Position numbers and translations under genes: made by a program
Shown: positions 1-15,068 of the stretch, in pieces
Position numbering within the stretch: position 1 is the stretch's first letter
How the letters are laid out: each line of letters opens with the position of its first letter
Notes under the pieces: generated by a model
What the model saw: the letters and a program-made list of their open reading frames with translations, nothing else
Database searches by the model: none
What the model was told of the DNA's origin: nothing
From: the human T2T-CHM13v2.0 reference genome, Homo sapiens
DNA length: 64,000 nucleotides
Assembly: GCF_009914755.1 (NCBI RefSeq)
Contig: NC_060933.1
Direction: 5' to 3' (one strand)

Positions 1-989
1 CTTGTCATGTCACTGAAGTCAGGTGACATCAAGAAGGGCAGTTGTGGTGCCCGTCAAGGCCTGCTGACTTTCCTGGAGGCCGAGGGAATACAGCAGGGTT
101 GGAGCCACCCCACAACCTGGGCTGTTTTGGTTTCCAGATCTCCCTGTGGTGGGTTTCATTGCCTCATGTTGCAGGTCATGAAATGTGGGCACAGAGCGAG
201 TGACTTGCAGTCATGGAATTGTGAGTGGCACGACTGGGCTTTGAACCCAGGCCTGCCTGGTGCCAGAGCCTGTTCTTTGTTTAGCTGCTGTGCTGGAGGG
301 GTCTCTAACTGGGGGTGCTTGTCCATCTCCCCACACTGCTTTTTGGCTGAAGAGCTTTCCTGGTGACCCCGGAATCAAATGGGGGCCACGCATCTCTGTG
401 TCTGTGCTTACCTGGTCCTGCCTGGAGCTGTGTCTGGAGGTGGACTGACCACTTGGCTTTGCCTCCTGGCTGCAGGGGCTGTTTTGTAGGTCAGGGTCCC
501 CAGAAAATAGACTCTGAGGTGGGGGTTTGTGTGCAAGAGGGCTTGGGGGGCAGTGTCAGGAGCGGTCTCAGGAACACTGATGTGGGCAGGAGGGCACGGG
601 ACTAGACAGAGGGAGCAGCTGAGTTGTGATGCAGTTTCAACGGGCTTCGGCCAGCCCCCTGGGGGTCGCATTATCTCAAGTTGGGGCAGGAGGGCATCAC
701 ATACTGCCAGGTGTAGTTGCCCCTTGTGGGGGGCATGACCTGGGGAGAGACAGCTCCCCCTGGCTGAGGGAAATTCCTGGGGTGGGGCACAGCTGTGAAC
801 TGTTGCGCACCCACCCCAGGCAGTTCACCGAAGGGTGGGGTCCGTGGTCCACCCCCAGCACAGCTTGGACCTATGCGCTTTGCACGAGTCTGCCTTGGCA
901 GGGGAACAGCCCCTCTAGAATTGCATTGGTTTCTTTCTCAGGGAGCCTTACAGGAGGAAGTTTAGTGGGCTGAACTGCAGCTGGTGTAG

Positions 990-1330
<341 letters not shown>

Positions 1331-1567
1331 CACAGTTTCCTTCTTCTGCGACGCCCTCTATTTCCCCTTAGCCTGGCTTAGCACCTCAGAGGGGCCAGGT
1401 GGCTACCTGGTGAGGTGACCCTGGTCTCCATGACCATCTCAACCTGAGGCTGCTGCTTTTGTCCAGTTATCATCACAAGGGGCAGGGGGATACCAAGAGA
1501 TGCCCAGGGCATCAGCAGGTGCCACATAGATTCTTTGGCCCCAGGGTCAAACAACGCCTTTCCTACT

Positions 1568-1711
1568 CTTTTTTTTTTTTTTTTTTTTTTAAGTAGAGAG
1601 AGGGTCTTGCTATGTTGTCCAGGCTGGTCTCGAACTCTAGGCCTCAGGTAACCCTCCTGCCTCAGCCTCTCATAGTGCTTGGATTATAGGCGTGAGCCAC
1701 CTGCCTTGGCC
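1568..1711 (-). mobile_element. Alu monomer (FLAM-like)
   Basis: Poly(T) followed by a single diverged left-arm Alu sequence. Confidence 0.8.
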
Positions 1712-3554
1712 TGTCTGCTCTTGATGATCAAGTTCAATCACCCAGCCAGGACGGCCACTCGTTTCCATGCTGCTGGTCTCTTGGCACAAAATGCCCAAAC
1801 AGACCGTGTGTGGCCGCAGCCTAAAGTGTAATGAAACTGTTGCTTCGTCTTTGGGTGGAAACGTTCCCCATGTGCAAACCAAGGTCTCCAGACCACAGAC
1901 CCCAGAGCTGCAGGGATGGGGAACACACAGTCCCCAAGTGGTGGCTGGGAATGATCGCTACTGCTACTGCCCCTCCTGCATCCCAGACCCATGTCTTCTA
2001 TGTGCTGGGCACACAGCACCAGGACTAGGCACAGGGCCAGAGGGTATGAGACAGCTGTGTCAGCAAGGGACCCAAGCTCCCCCATCCAAGACCCTTGCAC
2101 CCACATCCGCTTTCTAGCTCACAGCTATGGCTGTGTGGGGGTGCCCTGAAGAGCAGAGAAAAATGGCCAAACTTGATTTAGAGATGGGTCGGCTTGCCCT
2201 GAGGGTGCAAGCTGGAAGTAAGATCTACTTCACTAAAGCCCCATCCAGGGCTGGCCTGGAAAAACGGCAGTGAAGGAAAATCCTTTGATTTATGTGGGTG
2301 GTGCCTCATGGGAGATGCCCCATCCTCACGGGCGTGCTGCCTTTCAGCTGGCACTGTGGCTCCCCGCTCCATTGCTCCATCAGGCTGGCATTTCTGGGTG
2401 TTGGAGGATACGGCAGGCCCAGTGGATCTCACAGTCATGCGCCCATTGTGGCACGTCCTCTGCTATAAAGCGGGTCCCTTTGTTTAATGCCATGTTCTCG
2501 GTACCCTGTCCCATTCAATCAAATACTCTGTGAGCCTTTGGGCGTTGGGGCTGTGGCTGAGCTTCTGTGGGCAGGAAAGGCAACTTTTATTTAGGACCAG
2601 ATTCAGCACTTCCCCTTCCAGGATGGAAGGGGTCTGATGTGATCAGCTTGTCACCCAGTAGCTGAGTGGCCTTTAGAGGTGGTACTTTAGAGGCTTAGTG
2701 TTGAGGCCAGAGACTGGACGTTCAGGAGCGGAAGGAGCTATGGTGGCTGTGGTGAGTGAGAAGCCGTGTGCTGGGGCCACATGTAGCTTCCATCCCTTCC
2801 TCCACGCTGATTCATTCACCCGTTGTGCCTGCAGTGGGGTGATGATGCCTGTGACTAGCCTGTGTCCAGTGGCAAGGCCATTCTGTCTTCTACTGGGGTG
2901 TTTAGTGCCTCTCGCATGGTGACACTTCCTGGTACAAATGAACAAATGAAAGGAAGACCTCCATCCTTTATGCCTACTCCCTAGATCCAGCCACAGGTAC
3001 CTCCTCCAGACCTCCTGGTCCCCAACCTTCTGATCTTTCCCACCCAGGCTCCTGACCAGCCAGCCAAGCCACTTGCCACCACCCATGATTCAGTTCATAC
3101 TCTCATCTCGGGCTGCCCTGCCTCCCATCACACCGATGCTTACATCACATGCACTGCCTGAAGCCCATGGGGAAGATTTTCCTTCACTGCTCTTTTTCCA
3201 GGCCAGTCCTGGATGGGGCTTTAGTGAAGTAGATCCCACTTTCAGCTTGCACCCTCAGGGCATGCCGACCCATCTCTGAATCAAGTTTGGCCATTTTTCT
3301 CTGCTCTCCCTTCATCATAAGGGCCCCCCCACACACAGCCATAGCTGCGAGCTGGAAAGGGGATGTGTGGGTACAAGAGTCTTGGATGGGGGAGTTTGGG
3401 TCCCTTGCTGACACAGCTTTGTCGTACCCTCTGGCCCTGGGTGTGCCTAGTCCTGGTGTAACACTTCCACCTTACAATGGATTGCTGCTGGCGGAGCTGG
3501 TAGAACTCGTGTTGGAGGCAGCTCTGGCTGTGTGGGTCGCCTGATGTCCCGTAG

Positions 3555-4154
<600 letters not shown>

Positions 4155-6383
4155 AGCAGCAGCTTTTAATGTCACCCAGCAGATGAGTTGAACAGATATT
4201 CTTGGATGTGGAATATGCTGGCTCCAGAATTACTCTTCGTGGTGGAGGGTATGAGATGCTGTCAATTTCTCTTTCCTCTCAAAGAGATGTCTGGTACGCC
4301 CTAGCCCGCGGAACCCTGACATTTCCACTAATGTAAGGGGCTGCCGAATCTTCACAGGGTTGAATCTCTGCTCCTCTGGAAGACAGGTGCTTTACCAAGA
4401 CCTCTGGCACCAGTGTCTGCTCCTCTGATCTGATAAGTGTGGCGCCATCAGTGCAGAGGACAAAGGTCAAGTGCTTGGAGTGGTCCAGATGCCTTTATAG
4501 TGTATTGTAATTGGGAGCGGGAGCGTAAGTGTAGCCCTGGGTCAAGACTGTAAACACATACGGTTGTCCACCCCAGGGGAATGAAATAGTTTCTGGTCCA
4601 CCTTCTTGACAGGGATAGAAAAGAACATATTTTCCAGATCAGTGGCCACCTAGGATCAACCTGAGGCCATGCTGATCTGCTCTAGGAGAGAGACCACAGT
4701 GATCACATCCTGGCAGTGGAGGCCACCACTTGGTGGAGGGTGCAGCACCCATCCAGACTCGGATGGCAGATCCCTGGGGTCTGTCTTGTTATTGTGGGGG
4801 CTGAACTATCGAGTTAAATGCGGGATGTGATGGGCTGGCTACATCTGCATCCTTTAGGTCAGCCCCTACCTGCTCTATGCTTCTAAGTGCCATCCTAGTA
4901 GCCTGGTAGCATTTCTCCCCACGTTCTTACCAAGGCGCTAACTTCTTTGTCATGAGAGGATGCACCCAGCAGTTCCTGAGGGCTGGTCCTGCCGTTCCAT
5001 TGGTGTATAGCCCCTTCTCCCAGGACTGCCCTGACTGGGCGAGAATGTGACTTAATCTAAGCTATTGGTCTGGTGGCTGGGAGAGGAGGGCAGGCCAGCT
5101 CCTGTGGGAGGCCCGCGTGGCCGTGAAGGCAGAGGTCTCTGTGTCGTCTTCAGGCAGGGGTGGCGCTGGCTTTAACAGGGACAAATGGGACAGGCCCATT
5201 TTTGAGGCCCTGAAGGCTTGGGACGTTTGAGATGTGAAGTTTTTCAAGTGTATTGACGCAGATCCCCACACCCCGAGTCTCAAGGTCCCCCTCTTCTGGT
5301 TGGTCTCTGTCCTGGGCATAGCAGGCCTAGCAGAGTTGGGAAGAGCACGCTCTCTGCTCCTTGGAGGTGCCTCTGCCTCTCCCGCCTTCCAGCTGCAGGA
5401 CACGAGGGTGTCTTTCTCTGCGGCTGCGCAGACCCTCACCCTCACCTTTCCATGCCATCCTTCCGTTCTTGGGGTCCTTTACTTCCACAAACCTCTGCAA
5501 GTTTTTAACCCCTACCCCTGCCCCAGCCAACTCTCAAACACTTGAGCTATTGCACCAATAGTGCATTTCCTTTCGCTGGCATTCTCTCCCAGTTCCCTAG
5601 TGGTGAACCTTTTCACAACCGCTTCACTGTCTTCCGGGGGTCTCTGTGCTCCAGGCATTTCTACGTGGGCCCTCGTTGCCTCTGCCAGCCCGTGACCCTC
5701 TCCGACATCCTATTTTAAAATCCTAGGCCTGCCTGCTCCTGACACCAGCTGGTTTTGGTTGGAATCTCTGGAAAAAGCAACTCCTGGAGAGAGGGGCAGC
5801 AGGGGTCTGTGGAGGGAGAAGCCGGGCTGCCCCAGGGTCTTGACAGGGGCCTCAGCCCATCCCACAGGGAGCCCTGGAGCGGGGATGAGCCTTCACTGTT
5901 GTCTCGAATTGAGGCAGAGCCTGGGTCTTTGTACTCCCACCTGGCCTGGGCAGTGGGGCTCTGGGTTGGAGGGTGGTGGGAGAGGGACACCGTGATTACT
6001 TAGAATTTCTGGCACATGGTGAGAAGAAAATGCAGGCCAGGTTTTGTTGGCTTCATTACTTAAATTCTCTGCATACAGCATGCAGAGACGAGGGCCCACC
6101 TGGGCGTGCCTGGAAGACTGTGACGCCTTGTTGCCTGTACCCAGGGTGGGCCACTCCCCCCACCACACATCCCCAGCCCCCGCCCTGTTCCCAGGCTCTT
6201 TGACTTGGATGCCCCTGGGGCAGGAGCACTGCGTTGGGCTGGGCTAGTCAGTGTCATTCCCTGAGGGGGCTCAACTGCCAGTCACAGCAGGGAACGCACC
6301 CTGCAGCTCTGTGGGAAGGGGATTGGTGGGGAAGGGGCTGGACAGAGTAAGGAGGGGCTGGGGACCCACTTCTCTTTCCCTAG

Positions 6384-6827
<444 letters not shown>

Positions 6828-7089
6828 TAAGAGCTGCCAGCTACCTGCAGATGTCCTCTGGGCAGGCACAGGGTTGAGGACTTGGGATAGGTCCTTCTGT
6901 CCATGCATTCTTTGAGGTAGATGTGGTTATCCCCATTTGATGGATGGGGAGACTGAGGCTTAGAAAGAGGAAGTGGCTTGGCCAAGTCATGCAGTCCACC
7001 GTGGAGGAGCTGGGAGTCAAATGCAGGATGGTCTGATCTCTCGCTCACCCCATCGCTCACTCAACGAGCACCTGGTCTCACCTCAGCTC

Positions 7090-7363
7090 GGACAGCACAG
7101 GGAGCAAAAGCTTCGGGGGCCCCAGGCGCCCCTTGGCTGTGACCGTGTCACTCCAGCCTCTGCCTTTGTCCTCATAGGCCTCCTCCTCTGTGCCGGTGTC
7201 TCTGTCGGTCCCCTTCTGATAAGGATATTTCTCAGTCCACGATAATTTCATCTCAAGATTCTTAACTAATTATATCTACAATGACCCTATTTCCAAAGAA
7301 GATCACACTCTGAGGTTCCGGGGGGGGCCATGAATTTTGGGGGGATGCTATTCAATCCACTAC
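7090..7363 (-). mobile_element. MaLR LTR fragment (MLT1B/C-like)
   Basis: Ends ...ccctatttccaaagaagatcacactctgaggttcc...gaattttggggggatgctattcaatccactaca, typical MLT1 terminus in reverse. Confidence 0.75.
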
Positions 7364-7448
7364 AGAAGTCGATTGAATTCCCATCAGCAAGAGATGATCC
7401 AGGCAGGTCTCATGCCTCCGTTTTGCCCGAATTACGTCCTCTAGTTAG

Positions 7449-7958
<510 letters not shown>

Positions 7959-10900
7959 TAGGAGGCACTTTCCTGAGCCCTGTCCAGGGCCCTCAGGGGG
8001 CAGGATGGGGCCGAGGCCAGGTAGAAAGTGAGGCCCCACTGGGGGGGTCTGGCCAGAAGGGCTGAGGTCCTAGAGGTAGAGGAGAGAGGGCCCCTTCTTC
8101 CCGGGGTTCTCCACTCGCTGCCCCGTGGATCTGAGCACAAAGTCAGAGGCCTGGGCTGCAGTGAGTTTTCCCCAAAAGTTATGTCCATGGATTAGGATCC
8201 AGGGCTGAGCCCCTATGTGTGCAGCTGATGGGGGGAAGGGAGGCAGGAAGCTAACAGCTCTGAGCATGCCTTGTGAGCCAGGGACAGAGCTCAGCATTTT
8301 ATATGCATGGAAACATGTCATCGTCACAACCGCCCTTAGTGGTGGGGTTGCTATTTGCTATTGTGGGCTCAGAGAGAGCTAGCGGTGTATTCGAGGTCAC
8401 AGAGCCTGAGAACCTGGGACCCCTTAGTTTTAAGCCTGGACAGTCATGGCACACACGCCTGTAGGAGGAGGCGGAGCTCCAGGCAGCTCCCCAAGTGCAG
8501 AGTGGCTCAGTCCCAAGCCTCAGCAAGGGCTGGAGAGGATCTAGTGGATTCCTCCATGAGGGGCAAGAGCCTGAAATCAGGGATGAAGAACAAGGCTGGC
8601 ATTGCAGCTGGCAAGGGCCATGAGAGAGTCCACCTGGGGCCAGGCCTCCAGAGCCAAGGCCACAGCTGGGTCTACATGGGCAGCCATGTCTGGGGGCAGC
8701 CATGTCTGGGGACACCTGGGCAGTCACAGCCAGGGTTGTCTGGACAGTCACAGCTGGGGACGCCTGGGCAGTCACAGCTAGACCTGGGGAAGTCTGAGGT
8801 TGGGAGCTTCCCTGTGTCAGGGGCCAGCTGTGAGCAGGGTGACCCCAGACCTGTCGTGTCCCTACTGGAGCACAGTCCGTGGTGACAAGCCCCGCCTGCC
8901 CCCAGATAGAGGGTGGCCACCCTTGCAGGTCCCCACAGTTTCTCCCAGCAACTCACATGTGCCTGGGGGCTACTTTAAACAGGCAGTGAGTGGGGGTTGG
9001 AGGCAGGCACGGGCTCACTGGTGTTTGGTTTTGTTTTCTGAGGTCCAACCCAAGCCCTTTGACTTTAGACGCAAGCATGAACTGAACCCGGCCTGGGCTG
9101 GGAGTGCTGAGTGGGTCTTCCTTGGGGCTCAGGGACTGAATTTGATGGGAGATTCAGGGTTCACTCTCGAGGTGATGTGGTTTGGGGCCACCCTCCCACC
9201 CATCCAGCCCTGGGACCAGAGCAACAAAGCCAACCTCCCTGGTGAGCCAGGAGCCCCAGGGGATGCCTGCCGCTTTTCTCAAACTGTTTTCTGAGGCCAC
9301 CGAGGTGCCTGGGGCTGCGGGGTGCAGGGAGGATGTCCTGAGCACTTCTGGCAGGCTCTGGGCGGAATCCTACTTTGCAGATGTGGACAGAGTGGGGCCT
9401 CGGAGCCTCCTCTGGCTGCCCCTCTTCCCACAGGGGTGGCACAGGGCTGTCTGCTCACCCTTTACCTTGGCATGCTCAAAGCCTTGGGTAGGTGGGGCCT
9501 GTGGCTGGTTCTCAGGACTCGGGCGGGGAGGGCCGGGCCTTGCTTTGGGTATAGTGTCTGAGTCTGAGAGGGGGTCCTGGGTAAAGGGCAGGAGGGACGG
9601 ACCCAGACAGTGCCTGCCTGTGGGAACGGCACTACTCAAGGCTGCCAGTCTGTCTGTGTCTTCAGCGTGGGCCCTCTTCACCTCCCAGGGCAGTCCGGGG
9701 CATTCCCTGGTATTCCGTGTGTGAGGCCCACGGTAAGGCCTCCAGTAAGTAGAAGCTATTAGTAGAAAACTGAGCCTCCAAGTGGCAGCAGTGGGGGGTG
9801 CCTTTCAGGACCCACTGCCTGGGTCAGGGAGGCCAGCTCTCCGGCAGTCACGGCCCTCCAAATAGAATAGGTTTATCAGAGTGGCACCGAGGCCTCGCTG
9901 TGGAATTTGGCTTAAGGCATGGACACTGTGTGAGTTGAGCATCTCTGTCTTCCTCTGGGCCTCAGTTTCCCCATCTCTCACTGGGGGGCTTGTCAGGGGC
10001 TGCCCTTTGGGCCCACCAGGTCAAATATTCAGTGATCCTTAGGCCAGGGTCATGGCACAAGCTTACGGATCCTCAAGCCGCTTTGTAAAGAGTCTCTCCT
10101 GCCCCATCTTGGTTGACTCTTACCCTCCCCTCTTAGCCCCCCGCCCCAGGATATATTGAATTTCCAGGGCCTGTCAGGGGCCTCAAGGGTCGATCAACTA
10201 GGCTGTCAGCACTCAGAAAGGCCCTGACTGCTGAGATGCCGCTGCTCCCCCGGCCGGCCTGCCATCAAAGGATGCTGCCGCACAGGGACCAAAGATGGTG
10301 TGGAGAGATAAAGGGCAGAGGGAGGCGGCGGGGGAAACCACCAGGCCAAAATAGCCACGTCTCGGCCGAGTTGTCCAAACACAGGAAGTCGTGTCTGCTC
10401 AGAGAAGGCAAAATCAAAGGGGCAGCCCAGAAAGGAAAGGCTATTTTCATCTTTCCAGAAAAGCTTCAAACAATCAAGGGAGGGGCCCCTGTCACCAGAC
10501 TCCGACTTTGGGAACAAGCTTCTGAGACACAGAGACGCGGAGTCCCTCTCCGCAGCCTTGGGGGGAGAGAAGAACAGAGCACTTTCTGGCTTGTTTATAA
10601 ACAAACACGGTGGCTTCAGAGCTTCTCCTGCCTGGGGAGCCCGTGAGCCTGTGTCTGGCCGGGCATCTGGGCGAAGGACCCTGAGGAGTGACAGGTGGTC
10701 TGGTGGTGACTCCACAGCCGTCACCAGCCCCAGTCTAGCAGCTCTGACTTTCACAGCTGAGAGGGGCAGTGACTTCCTTCCAGATGGAGGAGAGCGACGG
10801 TTTGGTGCTTCAGCGATTTCCTTGGTGTTCCGCTTCCCTGTGCTACTTCCAAGAACGGAACCTGCTAGGCGTTGCATTGTTGTGCAAATATATGCAGGGT

Positions 10901-11378
10901 TATGTTCAAGAGTTGCATCTGCTATGCCCCACACGTGCTGCTGCGAAGAGTGTGTGGGCAGCCCCTCCAGAAATACCTTTGGTGCTTAAAATCCAAAGGG
11001 TTATTTTGAACCGGGCCCGCTCTCTCTTGAGTCAGGCATGAGTCATGCTGCCTGCTGGCTCAGAGCATGTAATTAGATAAAGATGGCGGAGCGTCTCCAT
11101 GGGTGGGGTGGAGGGGCATGGGTTGGATCTTTTCATCTCTTTTTGTTCTTGGGGAGAATTTAAAGCTGTTGAAAGTAGGTGGGGAACTGGTCAGCACAGT
11201 TTAGTGTTTTCTGAATCGAACATTAAGGACTGGTCTTCCGGGTTCTCCGTTCCCTGAAAGGACTTACTTATCCTGATCTGGGTGCTCTGAGTGGCCCCCA
11301 TTGGGGCAGTTTTCCAGGTTTCCAGGGAACTTTTGTTCTGAGATGACAGGGTCTTGGGAAACCCCCCACCCACCCCCA

Positions 11379-11678
11379 TTTTTTTTTTTTTTTTGAGACG
11401 GAGTCACTCTGTTGCTCAGGAGTGCAGTGGTGTGATCTCGGCTCACTGCAAGCTCTGCCTCCCAGGTTCATGCCATTCTCTTGCCTCAGCCTCCTGAGTA
11501 GCTGGGACTACAGGCGCCCGCCACCACACCCGGTGAATTTTTTTTTTTTTTTGTATTTTTAGTAGAGACGGGGTTTCACCATGTCAGCCAGGATGGTCTC
11601 GATCTCCTGACCTCGTGATCCACCCGCCTCGGCCTCCCAAAGTGCTGGGATTACAGGCAAGAGTCACTGCGCCTGGCC
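11379..11678 (-). mobile_element. AluY, TSD cccacccccattttt (11369-11383 / 11679-11693)
   Basis: AluY diagnostics (tgcaagctc, gccattctc, ggatggtctcgatctc); TSD. Confidence 0.9.
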
Positions 11679-13224
11679 CCCACCCCCATTTTTAAAGCTT
11701 CCTCTAAGTTCTGAAAGAGGGAGGAGAAGGCACTCTTCCCTTCCCCTTGAGCCCCAGGATGGGACAGACTCTCCTGGCTTGAAGCTCCCAGGTGAAGGAG
11801 GCTTTGAAGAAACAGTGGGACCAGCCCCCAGCCCGCAGCCCTTCCTGGGCCTTGGTCCCCATGCCTTCTCCCTTCACTCCTCTTCTCCCTCCCTGAGTTT
11901 AGGGAGCCACACCAGTGAACTCACTGCTGAAGCTCCTGTGGGTAGATCATTCCTGGGGCCTCAGATGTGTGGTCAAGGCAGCGTTCATCCCCACAAATAC
12001 TGCCTGGCTGTGGGATCCTCCCATTCCAGTCCAAGCAAAACAGAAGAGCAATGCTCACCCGCTTGCCTAACACATTGTAAACTCCCCATTCAATCCAAAC
12101 CCATGTCTGTATCACGGAGTCAATCTGAAAGCCTTTCTGAATATAATGCTCTAAGCCTGACCACCCCCAGGTGACTGAAGGTCCTGAAGAAGGACCTGTG
12201 ACCTGGCCCACGTTTCAGCCCAGTGAAGTATGGCGGCTTGGGGTCATCTCTAGCCAGCCCCTCTGGGCCCAGAGGAAAGTGGAGTTGGGCAATGCCACCT
12301 GCTGCACTGTCCAGTTTAAAAAGGAAGTCGAGGCTCGAAGGACCTGCTGTCCACCGCGCCGGCTTGCCATCGCCCCTTCTCTGGCTCAGGGGCGGCGGGA
12401 CTCCATGGTGGCGTCCCAGAGCAGATGCCCGGGCTGTGGAGCTGCTGCCGCCTCTGCTTCCCTCCTCCCCTGCCGAGTCCAGAATGAGCCTGCACATTGG
12501 ATGTGGAGGTTGGGCCCAGGCACACCTACTGGTTCAAAGAAGCAAACAGTCCTAACAATAGTTGGCTTTGGCTGCATAGGCTCCAGCCAAGAATCATAGC
12601 TGGTGGCTGGCTGGGACCCAGCGTGCCTCCCCCGACCCCAGCAGGTCCGTGCAGCCATGGCCTGCCTGAATTGCACTGTAGGCTCGGCCCCTGCCAGCAG
12701 CCGAGCTTTTTAATTTTGATAATTGGAGGCTGGATGCCTAGTGTCCCCCATTCCATCAGAGTCCCAGCTGGAGGAGGGGGTGGGAGAGAATTCTGGAACA
12801 TTCTTAGCACATAAGACACCTTCTGAGGTCCCCTCCCCGGTGGGAAGAAGGAACCCACTAGCTGATGTGAGAAGGTAATATTGAGAAGCCTGCGTGTGTG
12901 CAGGGAGCAACTACAGTGCTGGGGGCCCCAAATTCTCAGGCCACCCCTCCCCTCCGGAAGGAGCTCGGGCAGCTCCCATGCAGTTGAGATGGAAAACAAT
13001 GCCAATCAATCCTAAAATGTGCCCCTCTGCGGGCGCCTCATCCGTTCCACTTCAGACAGTGGGAACTCTGACCGTAGCAGGTGGAGGGTCGGCCCGGGGC
13101 TCAGGACAGGTGTGTGCTTCAGGCGAACATACCCTCCGAAGAAAACTCCCTCGCCTGAAAAGCCGGAGCCTGCCGGTGGGGCCTGGAGCGTCTCATCACC
13201 TTCCCTGCTTGGTCTCGCTTTCAG

Positions 13225-13322
13225 GACCAGGCCCAAGGCGCGCAAGCAAGGCGTGAGTCCCGCGGACATGTACCGGTGGAAGCTCTCGTCCCACGAGCCC
13301 TGCAGTGCCACCTGCACCACAG
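13225..13322 (+). CDS. ADAMTSL2: ADAMTSL2 coding exon (about exon 12): start of TSR2, ...MYRWKLSSHEPCSATCTT
   Basis: ctcgctttcag| acceptor, |gtactg donor; 98 nt, phase 2 to 1; TSR motif CSATC. Confidence 0.95.
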
Positions 13323-14442
13323 GTACTGGTCACGGGTGCCAAGGGGCAGCAACTGCCCTGAACCCATTTCCATGGACATGGGCTGGGGCTGTGGGGCCCA
13401 CCCACTAGCTTGCAGCCCCCAAACTGCCCTCGGGGTGCTTGTCCGTGGCCTCCTGACTTGGGGGCAGTGTGGCGTGATAGGAGTTTGGGTGTCTGGTGAG
13501 GCCACCCTCATTCTCACAGTGTGCTAGACCATGGTCAGGTCCAGGCCCCTGGGGGTCATCCGGGCTACCACCCATTGGTGGTAGCCCTTGTCTGTTGCCA
13601 GTGATACCATGTTTTGTTAGGGCAAACATCCTTTGGGTTAAAAGTAAGAAATCTTAGGTAGCAGAGATTTTACTTTTGCTTCCAGCAAACATAGGAAGGG
13701 AGTCATAGGCCCCTGTGATCTGTGACGAAGGGAAGTAGGCAAATTCTAGGACCTCATCAGCAGGGGAGAAGTTAGGAGGGGAAAAAAGACCCTCCTCGGT
13801 GGTGCCTGGACAGACAGATGTGTGTGGTTAGTAAGAGTTGAGCTGGGATTTGAACCCACAGCTGTCTGGTTGCACGGCCACCATCGCCCTGAGACGCTGG
13901 CCACAGCCGCTAGAGCTGGAGCTGCCTCTGCTGCCCACTCTAGTACCCTCCCCTGGGGGATGCCGCGAGGTCTGATGTCAAACCCAGGAGCAGGATACAG
14001 GGCCGTTGATGGGAGAAAATATGGCAGGGAGACCCCAGTGCCGGCTGTGAGGTCACATTTTATCTATTCTTGGGGCTTCATGTTTGGATGTAGAGGATAC
14101 CCAGCTGGCCCTCAAAAGGTTTGATGCTCCTGGTCCCGCCCCAGTGCCACCCATTTGCCAGGGCATTTGATGCCCTTGCAGTCTCTGGCCAGTGAGGATT
14201 CCACACAGCTGGGCAGTCTGAGCTTGGCCGCACCCTCTGCAGCCCTGCTGGCATCTCAGGAGATGGGCCCGAGAGAGGGAGGGGCTGGGGCGGCCCTGCA
14301 GGCTCTGCTCACACTGGCCTTGCCTCTCTGGGACTGAAGAAAGGGCTCTGCCTCCTGTTACAAGAGCCCCCAAACAGGGCATAGCCATGGGGCATGCTGT
14401 GTTCGCCCCTGCGCCTGGCATCCTGGAGGGAAAAAGCAAGTG

Positions 14443-15068
14443 CTGTGGGCGGCGTGGCGGGCACCCGGCTCGGCCAGGCTCGCACCGCCGTGGGCGGCGT
14501 GGCGGGCACCCGGCTCGGCCAGGCTCGCACCGCCGTGGGCGGCGTGGCGGGCACCCGGCTGGGCCCGGCTCGCACCGCCGTGGGCGGCGTGGCGGGCACC
14601 CTGCTGGGCCCGGCTCGCACCGCCGTGGGCGGCGTGGCGGGCACCCGGCTGGGCCCGGTTCGCACCGCCGTGGGCGGCGTGGCGGGCACCGGCTTGGCCA
14701 GGCTCGCACCGCCGTGGGCGGCGTGGTGGGCACCCGACTTGGCCAGGCTCGCACCGCCGTGGGCGGCGTGGTGGGCACCGGCTTGGCCAGGCTTGCACCG
14801 CTGTGGGCGGCGTGGTGGGCACCGGCTTGGCCAGGCTCGCACCGCTGTGGGCGGCGTGGTGGGCACCCGGCTTGGCCAGGCTCGCACCGCTGTGGGAGGC
14901 GTGGTGGGCACCCGGCTTGGCCAGGCTTGCACCGCTGTGGGCGGCGTGGTGGGCACCGGCTTGGCCAGGCTCGCACCGCTGTGGGCGGCGTGGTGGGCAC
15001 CTGGCTTGGCCAGGCTCGCACCGCTGTGGGCGGCGTGGTGGGCACCGGCTTGGCCAGGCTTGCACCGC
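14443..15068. repeat. GC/CpG-rich VNTR, 14 units of 44-45 bp (gtgggcggcgtggygggcacc(c)ggctyggccaggctcgcaccgcy)
   Basis: Unit starts at 14445, 14490, 14535, 14580, 14625, 14670, 14714, 14759, 14803, 14847, 14892, 14937, 14981, 15026. Confidence 0.97.

Noticed and set aside
10206-10934. 242-aa antisense ORF
   Set aside because: Non-ATG start, no homology recognised; region better explained as regulatory
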